Positions 36,574 to 49,900 are shown, counted from the first letter of the stretch. The stretch is 64,000 nt of DNA from Deltaproteobacteria bacterium (GCA_016874735.1 VGTI01000002.1:9501-73500), one strand, 5' to 3'. Numbers and translations: made by a program. Notes: generated by a model from the sequence alone, not told the origin.

Positions 36574-38054
36574 TCGGAGTGGGCTTTGATGTCGGCAAGC
36601 TTACTCACAATAATGCCATAGACAGGTGTAATCCCAACCACGACGATGCGCCAGCCAACAGCGATCTGTTGAATTACATCGAAGTATATTCCTGCCAACA
36701 GACACGGTGCGGCACTGGCGAGGATCATCTTTGCGACACGCGAAAAATCAATTGCGACTGGAAAGATATGCTGTATCGCAACAACGACAAAAAGCTCCGC
36801 AACTACAGTAGCTAGGGCAGATCCGGCGGCGGCACCACCCTCACCCCAAAGTTTCATACAAAATGGAGCGAGCTGTAAATTGAGACCAATGTTAAGTAGC
36901 AAACTAAAGCCAGTGACTACGACAAATTTGCGCCCGTCACTAATGATATTCAGACACGAACCAAGTAGCACGTTGAGATAGGTCAAACTCAGTACGGGAG
37001 CAAGATAACAGATAGCTCTGTAGCTTGCACGATACTCACTGCCAAAAATCGTATCCGCAATCATGTCGGGGAGTATCATAAGGCCCAAGGTAAGGGGCAT
37101 CGAAAGGACCACGAGTAAACGCACAGCATGCTTTACAAGTCGGGTAAACTGCTCTTTACTCTGGTGCCAGGCTTTAGATAAGGCTGGTTGCAGACCGGCC
37201 TGCATCACGGGTACTAGCAAAAGTGCCATTCCTTTCAACCGATCGGCTGCCCCAAAGTAGGCGACTTCGGAATTACCGGCTATAAAGTTCAGCATCGTCG
37301 TATTGACGTTACCGTAAATCTCGACCATCGCACCTACGGCAAAAAACGGCAGCGACTGTGTGACTATTTGACGCAGCAGGACGATGTCAAATCTCCCACT
37401 AAGATATCCCAGGCGCTTGGACCGCCAAACTAAGAAGCTTACGCCAAGTAGCTCTGAAGTTGCGTAGGCGGTTGCAAGTACGACCACCGAAGTCCTGAGC
37501 CATAGACAGCCAAAAATCATGAAGATGAGTGCAATTCTGACCGCCATCTCCTGCCTAGCCATTTGTGCTGAGTCACCGATTGCCACATAGCTTCGCCGCA
37601 GTATAGCGCGTTGGAGACTCGCACAGCCGTTAAACACGCCCATAGCAGCACAGCAATAAAGCGCATCGAGTTCGGCTCCGGTGAACCACAGGGCCACGAG
37701 CATGATCAGCCAAATGCATACGCCCCACAGCGCCGTAGCAGGTAAAAGCGTCGGTAGAATTCGGCTAATTTTTCCATGATTTAAAGGTATCTCGCGCACT
37801 ATGTAAGCCGTAACGCCAAGGGGCAGCACAGTAAAAAACATGGCGCTAAATGACTCTGCAAAGTACAGCACTCCCAGAGCATCGCGACCAATAGCGCGGG
37901 GAAGTATCAGCCGAATCACTAAACCCATCGCCATGGAAAAAAGGGCCGCCAACCCTAAATGCGACATCGTTTTAATCGCCTGCGTTCCCAGGTCAACTTC
38001 ATGCCCTGAGTTTGGCGTTTGTACACCTACAGCGGTGGGAGGCGGTTCAGACAT
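36570..38054 (-). CDS. Wzx-like polysaccharide flippase (MOP superfamily)
   Basis: 494 aa with about 12-14 hydrophobic helices and typical size and organisation. It follows the GT2 gene after a 14-nt gap. Confidence 0.75.
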   Translation of the reverse strand: MSEPPPTAVGVQTPNSGHEVDLGTQAIKTMSHLGLAALFSMAMGLVIRLILPRAIGRDALGVLYFAESFSAMFFTVLPLGVTAYIVREIPLNHGKISRILPTLLPATALWGVCIWLIMLVALWFTGAELDALYCCAAMGVFNGCASLQRAILRRSYVAIGDSAQMARQEMAVRIALIFMIFGCLWLRTSVVVLATAYATSELLGVSFLVWRSKRLGYLSGRFDIVLLRQIVTQSLPFFAVGAMVEIYGNVNTTMLNFIAGNSEVAYFGAADRLKGMALLLVPVMQAGLQPALSKAWHQSKEQFTRLVKHAVRLLVVLSMPLTLGLMILPDMIADTIFGSEYRASYRAICYLAPVLSLTYLNVLLGSCLNIISDGRKFVVVTGFSLLLNIGLNLQLAPFCMKLWGEGGAAAGSALATVVAELFVVVAIQHIFPVAIDFSRVAKMILASAAPCLLAGIYFDVIQQIAVGWRIVVVGITPVYGIIVSKLADIKAHSD

Positions 38055-38068
38055 ATTCTTACCTTATA

Positions 38069-39277
38069 TTACCTTCGCTCCGTTCGTACCCACCGACGCG
38101 GAGCACGTCCAAGTGCAATGACGGTACGCCACAAGGCGTAATAGGGGAGCTGAACCAATGCCGTGAGTGTCGCCCAGGGCAGGCCGAACCTGAGAAACGG
38201 GCTGAGAACGTAGACTCCCAAAAACAAACCATAGCTGGCTAGCAGGATTGCGTTAGCTATACGACTAAGACTCGCAACACCAAAACCGCTAGCAACAAAT
38301 GCCATCACACTCACCAGATACCACGCTACGATCGTCGTGAATGATGGCATTGTGAGATCAATGGCCCAGAGAATTTTTCTGGTTTTAGGAGCATTTGCCT
38401 GCAGTATCGGTTTTCTTAGTTGAGCCCAAAGGCCGTGACGACCCTTTTCCCAGCGCCTCCGCTGACTCACCGATACCCGCCCGGATATAGGCATTTCGGC
38501 GCGGAATATAGCAGTTGGAATAAACTGAACGCTTTCGCCTGCTAAACGTAACCGCCAACTAAACTCGAGATCTTCAGCCAGGCCACCCGCCTGCCACGGG
38601 ACTCTTTCCAGTGCCTCGCGGCTAAAGCACATGCCATTGCCGCGGAGATGAGCGCTCCCTGTAATGAATTGGGTTCCGATCTGGAATGTGCCATTGAACA
38701 AAGCGAAGCCGAAGGCCATTAGTTTGGTCCGCCAGCTCTCCATTTCGTTAGCAACGACATCAAGTCCCTGTATCCAGCGCCCTCCGCCTAGGAGCGGGGC
38801 TTGTAGTGCGCGCAAGGCCTGAGGGTCGACTAACGTATCGGCATCGACAACCACAACCGCCTGCACCGCGGTAAACTTTTGGTCCCCAAGGATACGCGGT
38901 AAAACATCTGCGAGAGCATGGCCCTTACTGCGACGTTTTTCATCGCGTCGCTCTAAGACAAAAACCCCAGCAGATCTGGCAATCATCGCCGTGTCATCGT
39001 CGCAATTATCGGCAACGACAATGATCTGTAGTCTATCGGCGGGATACTCGACCCGCTGCAAAGACGCGATGGTGCGACCAATGGAAAGCCCCTCATTGTG
39101 AGCCGGGATGACAACAGCAAATGTCACAGCAGCCTGCTTGGACTCGATTTCTGGTTGAGGTCTGCGGCGCCCCAGAGTGATAAACCCAGAAATACCCAGG
39201 AAAAGAATATAAGGACTCATCGCCACAAGAACGGCAATGCTCACCAAGTTTAGCCAGCTTACTGAGTAAAATTCCAA
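38069..39277 (-). CDS. membrane-integrated GT2 glycosyltransferase, synthase-type (NodC/PgaC/cellulose-synthase-like)
   Basis: N-terminal TM segments, then VVIPAHNEG, VVADNCDDDT, VVVDADT (DxD) and QRRRWEKG (QxxRW), and C-terminal TM helices. TTG start in the ORF track; the start is uncertain. Confidence 0.8.
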   Translation of the reverse strand: MEFYSVSWLNLVSIAVLVAMSPYILFLGISGFITLGRRRPQPEIESKQAAVTFAVVIPAHNEGLSIGRTIASLQRVEYPADRLQIIVVADNCDDDTAMIARSAGVFVLERRDEKRRSKGHALADVLPRILGDQKFTAVQAVVVVDADTLVDPQALRALQAPLLGGGRWIQGLDVVANEMESWRTKLMAFGFALFNGTFQIGTQFITGSAHLRGNGMCFSREALERVPWQAGGLAEDLEFSWRLRLAGESVQFIPTAIFRAEMPISGRVSVSQRRRWEKGRHGLWAQLRKPILQANAPKTRKILWAIDLTMPSFTTIVAWYLVSVMAFVASGFGVASLSRIANAILLASYGLFLGVYVLSPFLRFGLPWATLTALVQLPYYALWRTVIALGRAPRRWVRTERR

Positions 39278-39398
39278 GTTTGTTCAGGCCCTTCGCGCGA
39301 TGATCCCAAAAAGAACATCGGTGCATGCCTGATAAAATTGAGGGCGGTCTAATTTATCGCAGTGATTTCAGTCGATTATTCAGGAATTGAGAGGAGGA

Positions 39399-39475
39399 TG
39401 GTACGGGTACGCCGACTTGAACGGCGGACCTCTACGATGTCAACGTAGCGCTCTAACCAACTGAGCTATACCCGC
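39399..39475 (-). tRNA. tRNA-Val (anticodon GAC)
   Basis: Folds by hand into a cloverleaf. Acceptor GCGGGTA/TACCCGT (G1-U72), D arm GCTC-AGTTGGTTA-GAGC, anticodon arm CTACG-TTGACAT-CGTAG, T arm CGCCG-TTCAAGT-CGGCG. CCA is encoded. Confidence 0.9.
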
Positions 39476-39540
39476 ATAAAATCCATCTCGGACATCGAAT
39501 AATGCCGAGACGAGTTTTTTACCGATGAGTGAGGCGTCTG

Positions 39541-41640
39541 TCAAGAAGAGTAACCGCCCGTGATACGTTCAAGCGTCTGTTTAGAAACTGGATCGTAGTG
39601 CGAGAAACGCATGGTATAGGTCGCACGTCCTTGAGAAATTGAGCGTAGCTGCGTCGAATATCCAAACATCTCCGCTAGCGGCGCTGACGCCTCGACGACC
39701 TGTAAATGACCACGAACGGTAACGTTGTTCACGCGTGCATGACGACTATTGAGGTCAGTGATGATGTTTGACAGATAATTATCAGGTACCAACACTTCGA
39801 TAGCCATAACCGGCTCTAAAAGGCGCGGCTGAGCCTTACGCAGTGCCGCGCGCAGAGCGGATGCCGCGGCAATTTTGAAGGCAATTTCGTCGGAGACGTT
39901 TTCCTGATAGATGCCGCCTTTCAACACCGCTTTGACCCCAATGACTGGGAATCCTGCGATAGGGCCCGCCTGCATGCTCTCCTCAAGCCCCATACGGACG
40001 CCCTTAACGAACGCTGCTGGGACCTCGTGAGCCGGAGCTTTATTTTCGAACAAGAGCCCCCCCTGGGCTGCTTCGCCCTCAAGCGCGCTAACCTCAATCC
40101 GCACACCGGCATATTGATGAAGTCCAGCAGTCTCGCGCTCAAAAACTTCCTCGGCATTAGCGTGACCAGCGATAGACTCCCGGTACGATACCTGCGGCGC
40201 ACCCACATTGGCATCGACGCGAAACTCCCGCTTGAGGCGATCAACTATGATCTCCAGATGAAGTTCGCCCATGCCGCTTATCAAGGTCTGCGCCGTTTCG
40301 GCATCCTGAGACACGCGGAATGTTGGATCCTCAACCGCCAAGCGCTCAAGTGACTTGGAAAGTTTATCACTGTCGGCAGCGCTTTTTGGCTCAATGGCGA
40401 CCGCAATCACGGGTGCAGGGAACTGTACCGATTCGTAACGTATCGGTGCTTTCTGTTCACAAATGGTATCCCCTGTAGCAACCATTTTTAGGCCAGCTAG
40501 CGCTACGATCTCGCCTGCACTGGCCTGCTGCACCTCTTCCCTTTGGTTGGCGTGCATTGTCAGAATCTTGGCGACACGCTCGCGCTTGTGCGTTCTAGCG
40601 TTGTAGACGGTAGTTCCAACCTCAATGGTGCCTGAGTATATGCGAGCATAGGCTAACTGACCGACAAATGGATCACTGACGATCTTAAAAACCAATCCAG
40701 ACATTGGCTCGTCCGGAGTGCGTTTACGACTGATCGCCAATTCCTTGTCATCGGCTGACAGGCCCTCCACGTCAGGCAAATCAAGCGGCGACGGCAGTAG
40801 AGCTACGACCGCATCAAGCAGTGGCTGAATACCCTTATTCTTGAAAGCAGATCCCCCAAATACTGGCACAAATTTGAAGCCAATGGTTGCGCGTCGCGCT
40901 GCAGCCCAAAGCTCCGCTTCGCTAATCTCGGCTCCCTCAAGATACTTTTCGGTTAGGGCTTCATCCGTACCTGCAATGGTCTCAATGAGCTGCTCCCGAG
41001 CCAATTCAACATCGTCCACCATATCCGGGGGAACGGGGATCACGTCGTACTTCTGCCCCTTACTGTCATCCTCCTCGCCCCACACCATGGCCTTACGACT
41101 GATAAGGTCAACCAATCCGGCAAAGTTTTCCTCACGTCCGATCGGCAATTGGAAAATCAGCGGATTTGCCGCGAGACGCTCTCTAATCGAATCAACACTC
41201 GCTTGGAAGTCGGCGCCAACACGATCTAACTTATTGATAAATGCGATCCGCGCGACTTGGTACTTATTGGCCTGACGCCAAACGGTCTCTGACTGCGGTT
41301 CAACACCGTGGACGCCGTCGAATACCGCGACGGCACCGTCAAGCACACGCAGAGAACGTTCCACTTCCACAGTGAAATCCACGTGACCCGGAGTATCAAT
41401 GATGTTGATACGATGATTCTTCCAGTAGCACGTGATAGCGGCGGAAGTAATGGTGATCCCGCGCTCCTGCTCCTGAATCATCCAGTCCATCGTGGCACTG
41501 CCCTCGTGAACCTCCCCGATCTTGTGGATCTTGCCCGTATAATACAAGATCCGCTCGGTGGTCGTCGTTTTGCCGGCATCAATGTGGGCCATGATGCCAA
41601 TGTTACGAAATGCAGCCAAATCTGTTTTCTTCGGAGCCAT
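39541..41640 (-). CDS. fusA: elongation factor G
   Basis: [44 protein letters not shown] and NKLD motifs. Position after rpsG. The start is ATG 41640 or 41649. The ORF extension to 41727 has no support. Confidence 0.95.
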   Translation of the reverse strand: MAPKKTDLAAFRNIGIMAHIDAGKTTTTERILYYTGKIHKIGEVHEGSATMDWMIQEQERGITITSAAITCYWKNHRINIIDTPGHVDFTVEVERSLRVLDGAVAVFDGVHGVEPQSETVWRQANKYQVARIAFINKLDRVGADFQASVDSIRERLAANPLIFQLPIGREENFAGLVDLISRKAMVWGEEDDSKGQKYDVIPVPPDMVDDVELAREQLIETIAGTDEALTEKYLEGAEISEAELWAAARRATIGFKFVPVFGGSAFKNKGIQPLLDAVVALLPSPLDLPDVEGLSADDKELAISRKRTPDEPMSGLVFKIVSDPFVGQLAYARIYSGTIEVGTTVYNARTHKRERVAKILTMHANQREEVQQASAGEIVALAGLKMVATGDTICEQKAPIRYESVQFPAPVIAVAIEPKSAADSDKLSKSLERLAVEDPTFRVSQDAETAQTLISGMGELHLEIIVDRLKREFRVDANVGAPQVSYRESIAGHANAEEVFERETAGLHQYAGVRIEVSALEGEAAQGGLLFENKAPAHEVPAAFVKGVRMGLEESMQAGPIAGFPVIGVKAVLKGGIYQENVSDEIAFKIAAASALRAALRKAQPRLLEPVMAIEVLVPDNYLSNIITDLNSRHARVNNVTVRGHLQVVEASAPLAEMFGYSTQLRSISQGRATYTMRFSHYDPVSKQTLERITGGYSS

Positions 41641-41739
41641 CACCACCATCCCATTAAGACAGGATCTTACCAATTCCGCAAAATACACAAAAGCAAAGGG
41701 GCGGCTATAAAGGCCGCCCCTACACAAACTAAACTAGAA

Positions 41740-42228
41740 TCACCAACGGTAGTGCGCGAACGCTTTGTTGGCATCGGCCATCTTGTGTACGTCTTCACGA
41801 CGCTTGATGGTAGCACCACGCTTGTTGGCGGCATCGAGCAACTCACTAGCCAGACGCTCACCCATGCTGCGACCAGGACGGCCACGGGAGAACTCGATCA
41901 GCCAACGAATTGCCAGCGCTTGACGACGCTCTGGCCGTACCTCGACTGGCACCTGGTAGTTGGAACCACCAACCCGACGAGACTTAACTTCGACGAGAGG
42001 CCGCGCATTCTCAACGGCTGCGCGGAAGACATCGACTCCATTCTTGTAAGGAGCAATAGCCTGATTGCCCTTGCCATCAAGAATGTCGATCGCGCCGTAG
42101 AATGCCTTCTCTGCGGCGGACTTTTTGCCGTGCTTCATCATGCAATTGACGAACTTGGCGACTAAAACATCTTTATACTTCGGATCCGGGAGGATCTCGC
42201 GTTTCGGAATTTCGCGGCGACGTGCCAT
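41740..42228 (-). CDS. rpsG: 30S ribosomal protein S7
   Basis: [20 protein letters not shown]... and a C-terminal ...KAFAHYRW. Confidence 0.95.
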   Translation of the reverse strand: MARRREIPKREILPDPKYKDVLVAKFVNCMMKHGKKSAAEKAFYGAIDILDGKGNQAIAPYKNGVDVFRAAVENARPLVEVKSRRVGGSNYQVPVEVRPERRQALAIRWLIEFSRGRPGRSMGERLASELLDAANKRGATIKRREDVHKMADANKAFAHYRW

Positions 42229-42244
42229 TTATACTATCTCCCTG

Positions 42245-42619
42245 TTATGCCTTCGGACGTTTAGCGCCGTATTTGCTGCGGCTCTGCTTACGGTTGGCGA
42301 CACCACTGGTGTCAAGAGTACCCCTGATGATGTGGTAACGCACACCTGGCAAGTCCTTAACCCGACCACCGCGTACCATAACAACGCTGTGCTCTTGTAA
42401 GTTGTGACCTTCACCACCGATGTATGAAGTTACTTCGATGCCATTAGTAAGACGAACCCGAGCCACTTTCCGTAGAGCGGAGTTTGGCTTCTTGGGGGTC
42501 GTGGTGTAGACGCGCACGCAAACACCGCGACGCATAGGGCTACCGGTGAGAGCAGGCGACTTACTCTTAATCTTGAGCTTGCTGCGCCCTTTTTTGATGA
42601 TCTGGCCAATTGTAGGCAT
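42245..42619 (-). CDS. rpsL: 30S ribosomal protein S12
   Basis: [12 protein letters not shown]...[19 protein letters not shown]. 124 aa from ATG 42619. Confidence 0.95.
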   Translation of the reverse strand: MPTIGQIIKKGRSKLKIKSKSPALTGSPMRRGVCVRVYTTTPKKPNSALRKVARVRLTNGIEVTSYIGGEGHNLQEHSVVMVRGGRVKDLPGVRYHIIRGTLDTSGVANRKQSRSKYGAKRPKA

Positions 42620-42768
42620 GTAATCCAACCTTTTTCTAATCAAATCAGCATGTTACCGCTAGTTCCGAGATTCACTGGATGTTCGCGGCAAGTATAGCTA
42701 CCAGAAGGGGCCGCACCTGGCAACCCCAAAACCTTACAGACACACACTCTTCGCATCACAATTGCACA

Positions 42769-45700
42769 TTACTGAGCAGCTGACTGCTCTAGCGGTGCAG
42801 TGCCGGCCGGAAGACGACGGCTGGTACCCACCTCTGCCTTCAGATCCCGGTACACTTTTGCCCCGGTACCCGCAGGAATGAGACGTCCCATGATGACGTT
42901 TTCCTTTAGCCCGCGCAGGAAGTCGACTTTGCTGTTGATCGAAGCTTCGGTCAACACTTTGGTAGTTTCCTGGAACGAAGCGGCGGAAATGAAGCTCTCC
43001 GTGGACAGCGACGCCTTCGTAATACCTAGCAACAGTGACTCGGCTGTGGCTTCCGCCTTACCTTGCTCACGCATGGTGGCGTTGACATCAATGAGTTCAT
43101 GACGATCAACCTGCTCGCCAGGTAAGAACTTGGTATCACCCGGATCCGCGATCTTCACGCGGCGGACCATCTGACGGACGATCACTTCGATGTGCTTATC
43201 GTTAATCTCTACGCCTTGCAGACGGTACACTTCCTGGATGTTATCAACTAAGAACTTAGCCAAAGCAACCCTACCAAGGACTTCCAAAATCTCGTGTGGG
43301 TTGACCTGACCGTCAACTAGAAGCTCGCCCTTCCGGACGTAGTCACCGTCGGTGACGACAACGTGTTTGCCCTTGGGAATCAGATACTCTTTGAAATCAC
43401 CAGCATCATCCGTCAAGACCAACTTGCGTTTACCCTTGGTGTCGTTACCAAAGCTAATGTGTCCATCACGGTCGGCCATGATCGCAAGGTCCTTAGGTTT
43501 CCGAGCTTCGAAGAGCTCAGCAACTCGCGGTAGACCACCGGTAATATCCTTGGTCTTCGTTGTCTCGCGTGGGATCTTCGCCAGAATGTCACCCGGGTGA
43601 ACAACGGAGTGGTCTGCTTGCACCACAATAGCACCGGCAGGCAGGTTGTAGACAGCATCCTTCTTGGTGGAAACCTTCACGGTCGTGCCGCTGTCATCGA
43701 CGATCTCAAGACGTGGCTTGAGGTCTCCACTGCGGAATTCCGTGACCACCCGCTGCGTTTGGAAAGTAACTTCGTCAACGCGCTCTTCGAGAGAGGTACC
43801 CTCACGAAGATCGGTAAAGCGAACGCTACCGGCCACTTCCGCAATGATTGGTACGGTAAACGGATCCCAAACTGCTAGCTTGTCACCAGCAGCTACGCGG
43901 TCCCCGTCTTTAACGGACAGGGTGGAGCCGTAAATAATAGGATATTTCTCTTTGACGGCGCCATCATCACCGACGACCTGGATCTCACCTTGTCGCGTGA
44001 GCACCACCAGATGGCCTTCACGATTTGTGACGCAACGCAGATCGACGAACTTCACAGTACCTGAGAAGCGACTCGCTTGCGCACTGGTCTCAACTGTATG
44101 GCTTACAGCACCACCGAAGTGGAAGGTACGCATGGTTAGCTGCGTACCTGGTTCACCAATGGACTGTGCAGCGATTACACCAACCGCCTCACCCACGTTC
44201 ACTAAATGACCAGTAGCTAGGTCACGACCGTAGCACTTGGCACACGCCCCAACGCGGCTTTCGCAGGTCAAGGTCGAACGGACCCGCACGGACTCCACGC
44301 CCGCTTTGTCGATCGCTTCCGCCAATGCTTCGTTGATCAACTCGCTCTTGCGGACGAGAACTTGACCGTCGCTTGGACGACGGATTTCCTCGAGGGTCAC
44401 CCGGCCTAAAGACCGCTTACCAAGAGACTCCTTAATGTCGTTACCCTCACGTAGCGGCACCAACATCAAGCCTTCTTCCGTCTTACAGTCATACTCGGAG
44501 ATGATTGCATCCTGAGCAACGTCCACGAGACGGCGCGTCAGATATCCTGACGAAGCGGTTTTCAATGCGGTATCGGCTAGACCCTTACGAGCACCGTGAG
44601 TCGAGGTAAAGTACTCGAGAACCGATAGACCCTCACGGAAGTTCGAAGTAATCGGCGTCTCGATGATCTCACCTGATGGCTTAGCCATCAAACCGCGCAT
44701 ACCTGCGAGCTGCCGAATCTGCTGCGCCGAGCCCCGTGCACCGGAGTCAGCCATCATGTAAATCGAGTTGTTACTTGGTACGCGCTGCTCGGCACCCTTG
44801 TGGTCAGTGCGCGACATGGTAGAGATATTCTTAAACATCTCTCCGGCGATACCTTCGGTCACTTTCGCCCAGATATCGATAACTTTGTTGTAGCGCTCGC
44901 CCTCGGTCAAGAGACCTTCGGAGTACTGCTCCTTGATCTTTTTGACTTCTTCGTAGGCCTCATCGAGCAATTTCTGCTTGATTTGAGGAACAACCATGTC
45001 GCCGATCGCAATCGACAGACCTGCCTTAGTCGAGTAGCGGTAACCGGTAGCACGCAGTGCGTCAGCAACCAGCACGGTCCGCTTAGGACCACAACGGCGG
45101 AAAGTTTCGTTGACGAGCCGTGCAAGCTCTTTCTTACCAAGTGGCTTGTTGATCATGTCGAACGGAATCTCGTCCGGCAAAATCTCTGCCAACAGCGCCC
45201 TGCCGACTGTAGTGGTCACACGGCTTCCACGCAAACGGACCGAGATAGGTGCTTGCAGGCCGACGGCGTCATGATCATAAGCAGCACGAACTTCCTCAAC
45301 GCTACCAAAGATCTTACCTGCGCCTGGTGCACCAATGTCCTCACGCGTCAGGTAGTAAATACCTAATACGATATCCTGCGTCGGAACAATGACGGGGTTA
45401 CCGGATGCTGGCGACAAAATGTTATTGGTCGACATCATCAGCACTCGTGCTTCCAGCTGCGCCTCAACGGACAGCGGAATGTGCACAGCCATCTGGTCAC
45501 CGTCAAAGTCAGCATTGAATGCAAAGCAGACCAACGGGTGTAGCTGAATCGCCTTACCTTCGATGAGTACCGGCTCGAAAGCCTGAATACCAAGCCTGTG
45601 AAGGGTTGGTGCACGGTTCAGTAGTACCGGGTGCTCCTTGGTCACTTCCTCAAGAGAATCCCAGACCTCTGGTCGTTCTTTCTCTACCAGCTTCTTTGCG

Positions 45701-46917
45701 CTCTTAATCGTCGATACGATGCCGTGTTCTTCGAGTTTGTTATACAGAAATGGCTTGAAGAGCTCGATCGCCATCTTCTTCGGCAGACCACACTGATGCA
45801 GCCTCAGATCGGGACCAACCACGATTACGGAACGACCTGAGTAGTCTACACGTTTACCGAGTAAGTTTTGGCGGAAACGGCCTTGCTTACCTTTGAGCAT
45901 ATCGGAAAGGGAACGCAGCGGGCGCTTGTTAGGACCGGTGAACACCTTACCACGGCGACCGTTATCAAAGAGAGCGTCAACTGCTTCCTGCAGCATTCGC
46001 TTCTCGTTCCGAATGATGATCTCGGGAGCGTTCAACTCAATCAAGCGCAGCAATCGGTTGTTCCGATTGATCACGCGACGGTACAGGTCGTTTAAATCGG
46101 AGGTCGCGAAACGTCCCCCGTCCAGTGGTACTAAAGGACGAAGATCAGGCGGCAATACTGGGATTACCGAAAGCATCATCCACTGAGGCTTCGCCAAAAA
46201 GTTGCCAGTAGCATCTTGTTGGTTGAAGGCCTCGACTACCTTCAGGCGTTTCTGCAGCTTTTTGCGTGTGGCCTCTGCTTTGCAGTCACGCAGGTCGCGT
46301 CGTAGATCCTCAGCCAGATCTTCGATCCGCACTTGGGACAGTAGCTCGAGAATCGCCTCTGCACCAACACCGACTCGGAAAGCCCCGTTCCCGTGATCGA
46401 TGAGAGCAACTTCATAGTCCTCCTCCGACAACACCTGACCCGGCTTGAGCTTGGTTACATCACTGTTACCCGGATCCAGAACCACGTAGGATTCGCTGTA
46501 AAGGATACGCTCGACGTCCTTCAGTGTAATGTCAAGCATCGCTCCGATACGTGAAGGCAAAGACTTCAAAAACCAGATGTGAGCTACAGGCGTAGCCAAG
46601 TTTATGTGACCGAGACGCTCGCGCCGTACCTTCGAGTGGATAACTTCCACGCCGCACTTGTCGCAGACGATACCGCGGTGCTTCATGCGTTTGTACTTGC
46701 CGCAAATACACTCGAAATCCCGAACGGGTCCAAAAATCTTGGCACAGAACAGGCCGTCACGCTCTGGTTTGAACGTACGGTAGTTGATTGTCTCCGGCTT
46801 TTTCACTTCACCGTACGACCAGCTCCGAATCTTCTCTGGTGAGGCAAGCGAGATCTTAATAGCATTAAAGCTAAGTGGATCGGTCGGCTTATCGAAAAAA
46901 TTAAGTAAGTCTTTCAA
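42769..46917 (-). CDS. rpoC: DNA-directed RNA polymerase subunit beta'
   Basis: 1382 aa with the NADFDGDQM catalytic motif and a Zn-finger CICGKYK...CDKCGVEV. Confidence 0.97.
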   Translation of the reverse strand: MKDLLNFFDKPTDPLSFNAIKISLASPEKIRSWSYGEVKKPETINYRTFKPERDGLFCAKIFGPVRDFECICGKYKRMKHRGIVCDKCGVEVIHSKVRRERLGHINLATPVAHIWFLKSLPSRIGAMLDITLKDVERILYSESYVVLDPGNSDVTKLKPGQVLSEEDYEVALIDHGNGAFRVGVGAEAILELLSQVRIEDLAEDLRRDLRDCKAEATRKKLQKRLKVVEAFNQQDATGNFLAKPQWMMLSVIPVLPPDLRPLVPLDGGRFATSDLNDLYRRVINRNNRLLRLIELNAPEIIIRNEKRMLQEAVDALFDNGRRGKVFTGPNKRPLRSLSDMLKGKQGRFRQNLLGKRVDYSGRSVIVVGPDLRLHQCGLPKKMAIELFKPFLYNKLEEHGIVSTIKSAKKLVEKERPEVWDSLEEVTKEHPVLLNRAPTLHRLGIQAFEPVLIEGKAIQLHPLVCFAFNADFDGDQMAVHIPLSVEAQLEARVLMMSTNNILSPASGNPVIVPTQDIVLGIYYLTREDIGAPGAGKIFGSVEEVRAAYDHDAVGLQAPISVRLRGSRVTTTVGRALLAEILPDEIPFDMINKPLGKKELARLVNETFRRCGPKRTVLVADALRATGYRYSTKAGLSIAIGDMVVPQIKQKLLDEAYEEVKKIKEQYSEGLLTEGERYNKVIDIWAKVTEGIAGEMFKNISTMSRTDHKGAEQRVPSNNSIYMMADSGARGSAQQIRQLAGMRGLMAKPSGEIIETPITSNFREGLSVLEYFTSTHGARKGLADTALKTASSGYLTRRLVDVAQDAIISEYDCKTEEGLMLVPLREGNDIKESLGKRSLGRVTLEEIRRPSDGQVLVRKSELINEALAEAIDKAGVESVRVRSTLTCESRVGACAKCYGRDLATGHLVNVGEAVGVIAAQSIGEPGTQLTMRTFHFGGAVSHTVETSAQASRFSGTVKFVDLRCVTNREGHLVVLTRQGEIQVVGDDGAVKEKYPIIYGSTLSVKDGDRVAAGDKLAVWDPFTVPIIAEVAGSVRFTDLREGTSLEERVDEVTFQTQRVVTEFRSGDLKPRLEIVDDSGTTVKVSTKKDAVYNLPAGAIVVQADHSVVHPGDILAKIPRETTKTKDITGGLPRVAELFEARKPKDLAIMADRDGHISFGNDTKGKRKLVLTDDAGDFKEYLIPKGKHVVVTDGDYVRKGELLVDGQVNPHEILEVLGRVALAKFLVDNIQEVYRLQGVEINDKHIEVIVRQMVRRVKIADPGDTKFLPGEQVDRHELIDVNATMREQGKAEATAESLLLGITKASLSTESFISAASFQETTKVLTEASINSKVDFLRGLKENVIMGRLIPAGTGAKVYRDLKAEVGTSRRLPAGTAPLEQSAAQ

Positions 46918-46965
46918 ATCACGACTCCTCTAAACTGAGGGACCTGTAGCAAAAAAAACACCGAG

Positions 46966-49900
46966 TTACTGCTGCTGTAGCCCATCGATACCAGTCTCCT
47001 GCCCGTCATCACGGATCAGGTTAACGTCTAGGCCTAGGCTCTGAAGCTCTTTCACCAATACGTTAAAGCTTTCTGGCAAGCCCGGAGTCATCGCGTTCTG
47101 ACCCTTGACAATCGATTCGTACATACGTGTACGACCAAGCAAGTCGTCGGACTTGACTGTCAGGAACTCTTGAAGGGTATGGGCTGCACCGTAGGCTTCC
47201 ATCGCCCACACTTCCATCTCTCCAAGACGCTGACCACCGAACTGAGCCTTACCACCCAACGGCTGCTGGGTGACAAGTGAGTAAGGTCCAATCGAACGAG
47301 CGTGAATCTTCTCATCAACCAAGTGATGAAGCTTGAGCACATACATGACACCTACGGTCACTCTGTTATCAAACTTGCTACCGGTACGACCGTCGTATAA
47401 ATCGACCTGCCCGTCTTCGCTGAGACCAGCGAGTCGCAAATGACTCTTGATCTCGGCTTCGTTAGCGCCGTCGAACACGGGATTGGCGAAGTGCACACCT
47501 TCACGGTACTTCCGAATAAATGTCTTGAGCTGATCGTCAGTTGCGGACTTAACGAAAGCTTTCACTTCCGCATCATCCCAGATCTTGAGAATATATTCCT
47601 CAACCGCCTTACGGTCGAAGGTGGCCTCGAGCATCTCATTGAGCCGCTCACCAATCCCTTTAGCAGCCCACCCTAAGTGGGTCTCAAGAATCTGACCGAT
47701 GTTCATCCGCGAAGGTACACCCAGCGGGTTTAACACCACGTCCACCGGCCGGCCGTTCTCCAAGAAAGGCATGTCTTCTTCCGGTAGAATCCGGGATACT
47801 ACACCCTTGTTGCCGTGACGGCCTGCCATCTTGTCGCCAACCTGCAGCTTACGCTTGATGGCGATGTAAACTTTGACCATTTTGATCACACCAGGAGGAA
47901 GTTCATCCCCCTTCTTGATCTTCTTGATCTGCTCTTCCGTCATGAAGCGGATAAGGTTGATCTTATCACGTAGGTTGTCTAGAGCCTTACGCAACAGACC
48001 GTTCTTTTCCGCACTCTTGAGGCTTAGTTGCTCCCAAAGTACGTAGTCGAGACCTTCTAAGAAGTTCAAGTCGACTACGGTGCCCTTCTTAACCACAACA
48101 TCAGCACCATCTTTAGCCTTCACGTCAGCAGCGAGCGCGTCGCCGCCGGAGATCCGCGCCATCTTACGGATAGCGGAGTCCTTAATGATGTTGATACGGT
48201 CAGTCTCGTCTTTCCGTAGCTTTTGAATCTCAGCTTCTTCAATCTGTGTGGAACGGACATCTTTGTCCGCCCCGGCTCGAGCGAAAACCTTCGCACCGAT
48301 GACCGTACCAACCACACCTGGAGGTACTCTCAGAGAAGTGTCACGTACGTCACCGGCTTTCTCGCCGAAAATGGCACGCAGTAGCTTCTCTTCTGGAGTC
48401 AGCTGGGTCTCACCTTTCGGAGTGATCTTCCCAACGAGAATGTCATTTGGCTGAACCTCTGCGCCGATGCGGATAATCCCCGCCTCGTCCAAATTGCGCA
48501 GCGCATCTTCACCTACGTTCGGGATATCACTTGTGATCTCTTCCTGACCTAACTTGGTGTCACGAGAGATACATTCAAATTCTTGAATGTGAATCGAGGT
48601 AAACTGGTCCTCTTTGACCACCTTTTCAGAGATCAAGATGGAGTCCTCGAAGTTGTAACCACTCCAGGGCATGAACGCCACGACGACGTTCTGACCCAAG
48701 GCCAACTCCCCAGTTTCGATACCGAAACCATCGGCGATGATATCGCCACGGCGGACAACTTCACCCTTTTGCACGATTGGACGTTGATTGATGCAGGTAT
48801 CTAAGTTGGATCGCTTGTACTTCTGCAAATTGTAGATATCAACGTCCGCGCCGACCTCAGTGAGCGCCTCAGGATCGTCTTCGTTCGTCTTGATGACGAT
48901 ACGGTCCGCATCCACGGACACTACAGTACCGTCGCGCTTAGCGACGACAGCAGCACCGGAGTCACGGGCAACCGTCAGCTCGAGACCGGTACCAATTAAC
49001 GGCGCCCGGGTCTTCAGCAGAGGCACAGCTTGCCGTTGCATGTTCGAACCCATCAGGGCCCTGTTAGCATCGTCATTCTGAAGGAACGGAATGAGCGACG
49101 CAGCGACCGACACCAACTGATTGGTCGACACGTCCATCAGGTCAGCTTCTTCTGCCCGTGCGATTTCACTTTCACCTTGACGACGGACACCGACTAACTC
49201 GTCGGGTTTATGTGCATCCGGCAACGCAGCCTGTGCAATCACGTGATCGCGATGCTCTTCCGACGCAGAGTAATAACGCACGGTGGGAGCACCATCTTCC
49301 GCCCGGAGGTTTTTGTATGGTGTCTCGATAAAGCCGTAGTCGTTGACACGCGCATAGCTAGCCAGCGACGAAATAAGACCGATGTTAGGACCTTCAGGCG
49401 TTTCTACTGGGCAGATGCGGCCATAGTGAGTCGGGTGAACGTCCCGCACTTCAAAGCCCGCGCGCTCACGCGACAGACCGCCTGGTCCAAGCGCTGACAA
49501 GCGCCGCTTGTGAGTTACCTCAGAAAGCGGGTTTGTCTGATCCATGAACTGGCTCAGCTGAGAAGACCCGAAGAATTCCTTCACCACAGCTGAAGCAGGC
49601 TTGTTATTGATAAAATCGTGCGGCAATAACGTGTCCACATCCTGCAATTGGAGACGCTCACGAATGGCGCGCTCAATACGCAACAGACCGATACGGTATT
49701 GATTCTCGAGAAGCTCGCCCACAGCGCGCACACGACGATTGCCTAAGTGGTCAATGTCGTCAATTTCGCCGTTACCGTTCTTCAACCGCAGCAGGTAGCC
49801 AACGGTCTTAAGAATGTCGTCTTTAGTCAGAGTTCTCTGCTCTAGGGGCAGATCTAGGCCAAGACGCTCGTTCAGTTTCAAACGACCTACCGTACTCAAA

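Noticed and set aside
39485-39519. Hairpin TCTCGG-N13-CCGAGA between fusA and tRNA-Val, considered as the fusA terminator
   Set aside because: The T6 run follows the stem only on the plus strand, where nothing is transcribed into it. On the minus strand the stem is followed by UGGAUUUUA only, and the loop is 13 nt. This is not convincing as an intrinsic terminator.
41308-42165. 285-aa plus-strand ORF
   Set aside because: It is antisense to the fusA 5' end and rpsG, whose identities are unambiguous. It spans their intergenic gap and has no recognisable features.
44800-45366. 188-aa plus-strand ORF, together with other 60-140-aa ORFs inside rpoB, rpoC and the cytochrome gene
   Set aside because: All of them are embedded antisense or out of frame within long, motif-supported genes.
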